DNA of 64,000 nucleotides from Bdellovibrionales bacterium (GTDB lineage Bacteria; Bdellovibrionota; Bdellovibrionia; Bdellovibrionales; JAUICD01): NCBI GenBank assembly GCA_965203275.1, contig OZ241865.1, positions 1,216,001 to 1,280,000 of the forward strand, read 5' to 3'. Shown piece by piece: positions 60,116 to 64,000 of this stretch (position 1 is its first letter; each line of letters starts with the position of its first letter). The notes under the pieces were generated by a model. It saw only the letters and a program-made list of their open reading frames with translations, ran no database searches and was not told where the DNA came from. The position numbers and the translations under genes were made by a program.

Positions 60116-61411
60116 ATGGATCAACCCATTGTCAATACTTCTATCGCCGGACTGACTGAATCTGCTACTTTAAAGATTAACGAAAGAGCTAAGCTTTTGC
60201 GTAAACAAGGGCATTCTGTTTGCCATTTTGGCTTTGGACAATCACCTTTTCCTGTACATGAGAGTATTCAAGAAGCTCTTAAAAGTAATTCTCACCGAAA
60301 AGAATATCTCCCTACACTAGGGCTTTTAGAGTTAAGAGAAACTATTTGTGATTTTTATCAAAAATATTATAAATACAACTTTAGTCCTGACTGTATATGC
60401 ATTGGACCGGGCAGTAAAGAACTCATCTTTCAAATTTTATTTATATTAGAAGGCCCTTTATTAATTCCAGCTCCTAGCTGGGTGAGCTATGGCCCCCAGG
60501 CTCATATTCGAGGAAAGCAAATAGCTATCATACATACATCTAAAGATAAAGGTTATAAACTTACAGGAGAAGATCTTCAAAGAACTTGCGATGTTCAGAA
60601 AAATCATGCACAAAAAATACTTATTATTAATAATCCCAACAATCCAACGGGAATGGTTTACTCTGATGATGAAATAGAAGAAATCAGTCAGGTAGCTCGT
60701 AAAAATTCTGTGATTATTATTTCTGATGAAATTTATGCTTTGATTAATTTTACACAGTCTTTTTCTGCTGGGTTTTCGTCTCATTATCCTGAAGGTACAA
60801 TTGTAACAGGAGGTTTGAGCAAGGGACATTCTGCAGGAGGGTACAGGCTCGGCTTTGTAGCTGTTCCTCAAAATATGAAAGCTGTTATTAAGTGTTTAAT
60901 GTCTATGGTGAGTGAGACCTTTAGTGCTGTGAGTTCTCCTGTTCAAGCGTCTGCTATAGCTGCTTTTTGTGGCAATCAAGAAGAAATTGCTTACACACAA
61001 AAATGTACAGCCATTCATAAAGCAGCTGGCTATTATATGCACAAAAAATTTATGCAAATAGGAGCTTCTTGTCCTAAACCTCAGGGAGCTTTTTATTTAT
61101 TCCCTGATTTTATAGAAGTTAAAGAAAAACTCAAGAAGCACAATATTGTTGATTCAACTGATTTAAGTAATGCCCTTTTAGAAAAAGCTAAGGTAGTAAC
61201 TCTACCTGCTTATGATTTCTATTGTCATAAAGATTATCTAGCATTACGTATAGCAACAGTCGATTATGACGGAGAACATGTTTACAAAGAAAGCCTTAAA
61301 TATCCTAAGGAATTAGATGATCAGTTTATAGAAACTCATTGCCCACACCTTAAGGAAGGTGTTGATCGCATTCAAAAATTTTTAGAAGGTGAGCAAATAC
61401 AAACTGTGTAG
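60116..61411 (+). CDS. Class I/II PLP-dependent aminotransferase
   Basis: NNPNNPTG, SDEIY, GLSKGHSAGGYRLG, PQGAFY. Confidence 0.94.
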   Translation: MDQPIVNTSIAGLTESATLKINERAKLLRKQGHSVCHFGFGQSPFPVHESIQEALKSNSHRKEYLPTLGLLELRETICDFYQKYYKYNFSPDCICIGPGSKELIFQILFILEGPLLIPAPSWVSYGPQAHIRGKQIAIIHTSKDKGYKLTGEDLQRTCDVQKNHAQKILIINNPNNPTGMVYSDDEIEEISQVARKNSVIIISDEIYALINFTQSFSAGFSSHYPEGTIVTGGLSKGHSAGGYRLGFVAVPQNMKAVIKCLMSMVSETFSAVSSPVQASAIAAFCGNQEEIAYTQKCTAIHKAAGYYMHKKFMQIGASCPKPQGAFYLFPDFIEVKEKLKKHNIVDSTDLSNALLEKAKVVTLPAYDFYCHKDYLALRIATVDYDGEHVYKESLKYPKELDDQFIETHCPHLKEGVDRIQKFLEGEQIQTV

Positions 61412-61480
61412 AAATATCTAAGATGTTCTAGCTAGCAAATCCCTTTAATTATAGTGTGAAGATCATTTGTGAGATGGCTT

Positions 61481-61996
61481 TTAAAAATCATTGGTAGAAA
61501 AATCAGCTTTTAGCCACCATGGTTGTTTTTTGGAAGATGGAAGATGTATTAGAGGATTGCCATAGAAAATAATACCATTGGTTTGGGTTTCGTTCAGTTC
61601 AATACGAGAGCATTTAAAAGGTTTATTTTTTAAAAAGGTTTCTAGCTTTGCTTTTAAAACTACAGCGATCATCTCTGTTGTAGGGTCACCAGGGACAACA
61701 ACATGCCGGCCATTAGGAATATCAGATCTTATAAAGTCTAAAAGTGGGTCTCTTTGGTTAAAAATAAAAGAATGATCAATATAATCGTCTATCCATTTGT
61801 GCCATTGGGTTTTGATTTTGGAAAATAAAATAATAGTATTTTTTTTATGGTCTAAGGTTTTCTTTTGCAGAGCTGAAATGTAAACTTTGACCTGCCATGT
61901 ATGGCCATGAGGCTGGACACAAACTGTGTTTTTGTTTTCTTCTTCGATGAGGCGATGGCCTGCTTCAAACTTTCTCCAAAACACTAATTCAAACAT
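61481..61996 (-). CDS. queD: 6-carboxytetrahydropterin synthase
   Basis: FEAGHRL..C..HGHTW, DH, PTTEMIA, ET; start at 61996 after AGAGGA. Confidence 0.85.
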   Translation of the reverse strand: MFELVFWRKFEAGHRLIEEENKNTVCVQPHGHTWQVKVYISALQKKTLDHKKNTIILFSKIKTQWHKWIDDYIDHSFIFNQRDPLLDFIRSDIPNGRHVVVPGDPTTEMIAVVLKAKLETFLKNKPFKCSRIELNETQTNGIIFYGNPLIHLPSSKKQPWWLKADFSTNDF

Positions 61997-62093
61997 AAAA
62001 TCCTCTGTTCTTATTGTAAAATATAGTTTAATAGATTTCTTTAAGTACACAAATTTATTTTATGATATGATTTGCCTTCAATTATTGTTTAAA

Positions 62094-62720
62094 TTATTGT
62101 TTATAAGTCATTAAAGTATGTTGAAGTTTTTCAATTGATGGAGTATTTTCATCTTCGCCTAAAAGCCCATAAGGTAAGTTCATATAAATATATTTATTCT
62201 GCCAATCTATTTGAGTGATAAAATCTTGCACAAAAGGAATGTCATATATTTGTCCATTTTTTCTCACTTGTATCAAGTCCTGACTGCCGTTTGAAGAAAA
62301 ACTTACAATAGGACCTATTTGTTGACCGGAATGAACGACAATAAATCCTTTGACTTCAATAAGGTAAATCTCTTTACCTGGTTGACTGGTAAAATGAGAT
62401 AGGGGAACCATGACAAAAGCTCCTTGCCAATAGTTTGCTTCAGTACGATCGTTACAACCTTGAAGTTTTACAAGGTAGCCATTTTTATATTTTTTAAAAC
62501 TTTGAATATGAAAGGTAGACTTTAAAGGTCTATCTTTATAGCTGGCTTTATAGCTTGTGTTATAGCTTGTGTTATAGGTATTTTTAACCAGAGTGATTTG
62601 AGTAAGGTCATATATCCATTGAGCATTGGGGGTAAAAGGTAAAATAAATATTTGCCCTTGAACTCCAAAAGCTCCTTTAACCTTAGCAAGTCTGATATTT
62701 TCTTCTATTGTTTTCTCCAT
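62094..62720 (-). CDS. rimM: Ribosome maturation factor RimM
   Basis: AKVKGAFGVQG, GCNDRTEA, GSQDLI, IPFV; short 12-bp repeat insertion (YNTS/YKAS). Confidence 0.92.
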   Translation of the reverse strand: MEKTIEENIRLAKVKGAFGVQGQIFILPFTPNAQWIYDLTQITLVKNTYNTSYNTSYKASYKDRPLKSTFHIQSFKKYKNGYLVKLQGCNDRTEANYWQGAFVMVPLSHFTSQPGKEIYLIEVKGFIVVHSGQQIGPIVSFSSNGSQDLIQVRKNGQIYDIPFVQDFITQIDWQNKYIYMNLPYGLLGEDENTPSIEKLQHTLMTYKQ

Positions 62721-62845
62721 TCTGCCATTAAGAATGTTTTTGTTTTTTGTGTCAAGAGCTTTTTCACTTGAAATGAAGTATTGACAAAACAGAGAGCAAA
62801 TGTTTTTTATGATTGAAAAAAGAAATATTGAGGGTGTTATAAACA

Positions 62846-63523
62846 ATGAGCATGAGCGGTTTGAAAACTTTTATTTTGGGTCATACAAAAAATAAATTGC
62901 CTATTATGGCTTACCATTTTAGTCGTCAGCATGCCGTTAAAACCCCTAATAATCCTTGCATATTTATTTTAGGAGGGGTTCATGGGGATGAGGTTGAAGG
63001 TGTTATTGCAGCACAAGGCCTTATAGATATTTTGTTTGTAAAAAAAAATACACCTATTCTTTATGACATGACAATTGTACCTATTTTGAACTTTGATGGT
63101 TTTTTATGTCAAAAGCGTGTGAATGCATCAGGCGTTGATTTGAATAGGAATCTTCCTACCAAAGATTGGCAAGCCACAGCTCTTAAACCTAAATATCAAC
63201 CAGGGCCTGCTCCTAACAGTGAACCTGAAAATCAAGCTATGGTGGATTATATTTTAAAGTTGTGTCCTGAGTTTATTATATCCTTACACTCATGGAAGCC
63301 TCTTTTGAATGTCAATGGTGATGTGAAAGAAATTGCTAAGAAGATTGCTCAGCAAACAGGTTATGAGATTGTAGAGGATATTGGTTACCCTACACCTGGC
63401 AGTTTAGGCACTTATGGTCAGGAAAAAAATATTCCTGTATTGACTTATGAAATAGAGAGAGGACTTTCTACGCAAGAAATATTAAGAGTGCATGTTCCAG
63501 CCATATTTGGAGCTTTTCACTAA
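62846..63523 (+). CDS. mpaA: Murein peptide amidase A (M14 carboxypeptidase)
   Basis: GGVHGDE, NASGVDLNRN, SLHS, GYPTPGSLG, TYE. Confidence 0.85.
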   Translation: MSMSGLKTFILGHTKNKLPIMAYHFSRQHAVKTPNNPCIFILGGVHGDEVEGVIAAQGLIDILFVKKNTPILYDMTIVPILNFDGFLCQKRVNASGVDLNRNLPTKDWQATALKPKYQPGPAPNSEPENQAMVDYILKLCPEFIISLHSWKPLLNVNGDVKEIAKKIAQQTGYEIVEDIGYPTPGSLGTYGQEKNIPVLTYEIERGLSTQEILRVHVPAIFGAFH

Positions 63524-63529
63524 TGCTGT

Positions 63530-63630
63530 TTCACTAAAAGTGGTCTAGCCTCTGGTCACTTTGAGTGAAACAGAGGCTAGTTCAATTTTAGGGAAACAGA
63601 GGCCAGTTCATTTTGAGTGAAATGTTAAGA
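63530..63630. repeat. Fragments of the structured element (stacked 3' arms)
   Basis: AGAGGCTA-GTTCAATTTTAGG-GAAAC and AGAGGCCA-GTTCATTTTGAGT-GAAA units. Confidence 0.85.
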
Positions 63631-63649
63631 AAGAGGTTAAATATAGGGC

Positions 63650-64000
63650 TTATAATTTTTGAAGGTTTAGTATTTCTTGTTTAGAAAGCCCTGTAGCTTT
63701 ACAAATAGCTTGGATATCTATATTAGCCTTTAAAAGCTTAGACAGAATCTCCATCCGCTCTTCTTGCCTACCTTCTTGCCTACCTTCTTGCCTACCTTCT
63801 TGTCTACCTTCTTGCCTACCTTTTTGTAAGCCTTTTTGTAAACCTCTAAACTCAGCTTCTTCTGAGAAACTTCTTATTCTGTGCATAAAACGAACTCCTT
63901 CTGGTAAAGTATTTCCTTCTATATCCTTTAACTTCTCTAAAGTCAAGTCAGGATCATATCGTTGCAAATAATATGTCAATATATCGACTTCCACGCTGTG
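63650..64000 (-). CDS. 3' part of a second Rpn-family gene (open to window end)
   Basis: Frame stays open to 64000; (EGRQ)n then KLLKANIDIQAICKATGLS tail, like 31237..32331. Confidence 0.85.
   Translation of the reverse strand, partial: HSVEVDILTYYLQRYDPDLTLEKLKDIEGNTLPEGVRFMHRIRSFSEEAEFRGLQKGLQKGRQEGRQEGRQEGRQEGRQEERMEILSKLLKANIDIQAICKATGLSKQEILNLQKL

Overview
AT-rich bacterial chromosome segment, most likely from a predatory Bdellovibrionota (Bdellovibrionales-like). This is inferred mainly from a DgcB-type tail-FHA-GGDEF cyclase. Housekeeping genes include groEL (partial), groES, etfA, a DEAD-box helicase, pepP, ftsI, priA, pgi, fur, nrnA, queD, rimM, mpaA and tRNA-His. Accessory genes include ankyrin, TPR and hexapeptide-repeat proteins, Fic, an ATPase plus nuclease pair, XRE-ImmA plus a truncated PIN gene, two Rpn genes and a decayed restriction island. 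Two features stand out. (1) Roughly 10% of the window is a family of ~150-bp non-coding elements in about 13 mosaic clusters. Their sequences diverge, but they keep one branched fold through extensive compensatory changes, and they bracket, truncate or appear to carry accessory genes. (2) An 829-aa protein (17001-19490) has a signal-like N-terminus, a Clp-N-like domain and 8 tandem winged-HTH-like repeats. Much of the repeat variation falls on four positions of the predicted recognition helix, suggesting a TALE/zinc-finger-like modular DNA binder. Smaller candidates are a sigma54-type C-rich sRNA, a possible invertible DNA segment, a palindromic operator array before fic, and internal RBS-led antitoxin ORFs inside both Rpn genes. 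All assignments come from reading motifs by eye; no searches or folding programs were run.
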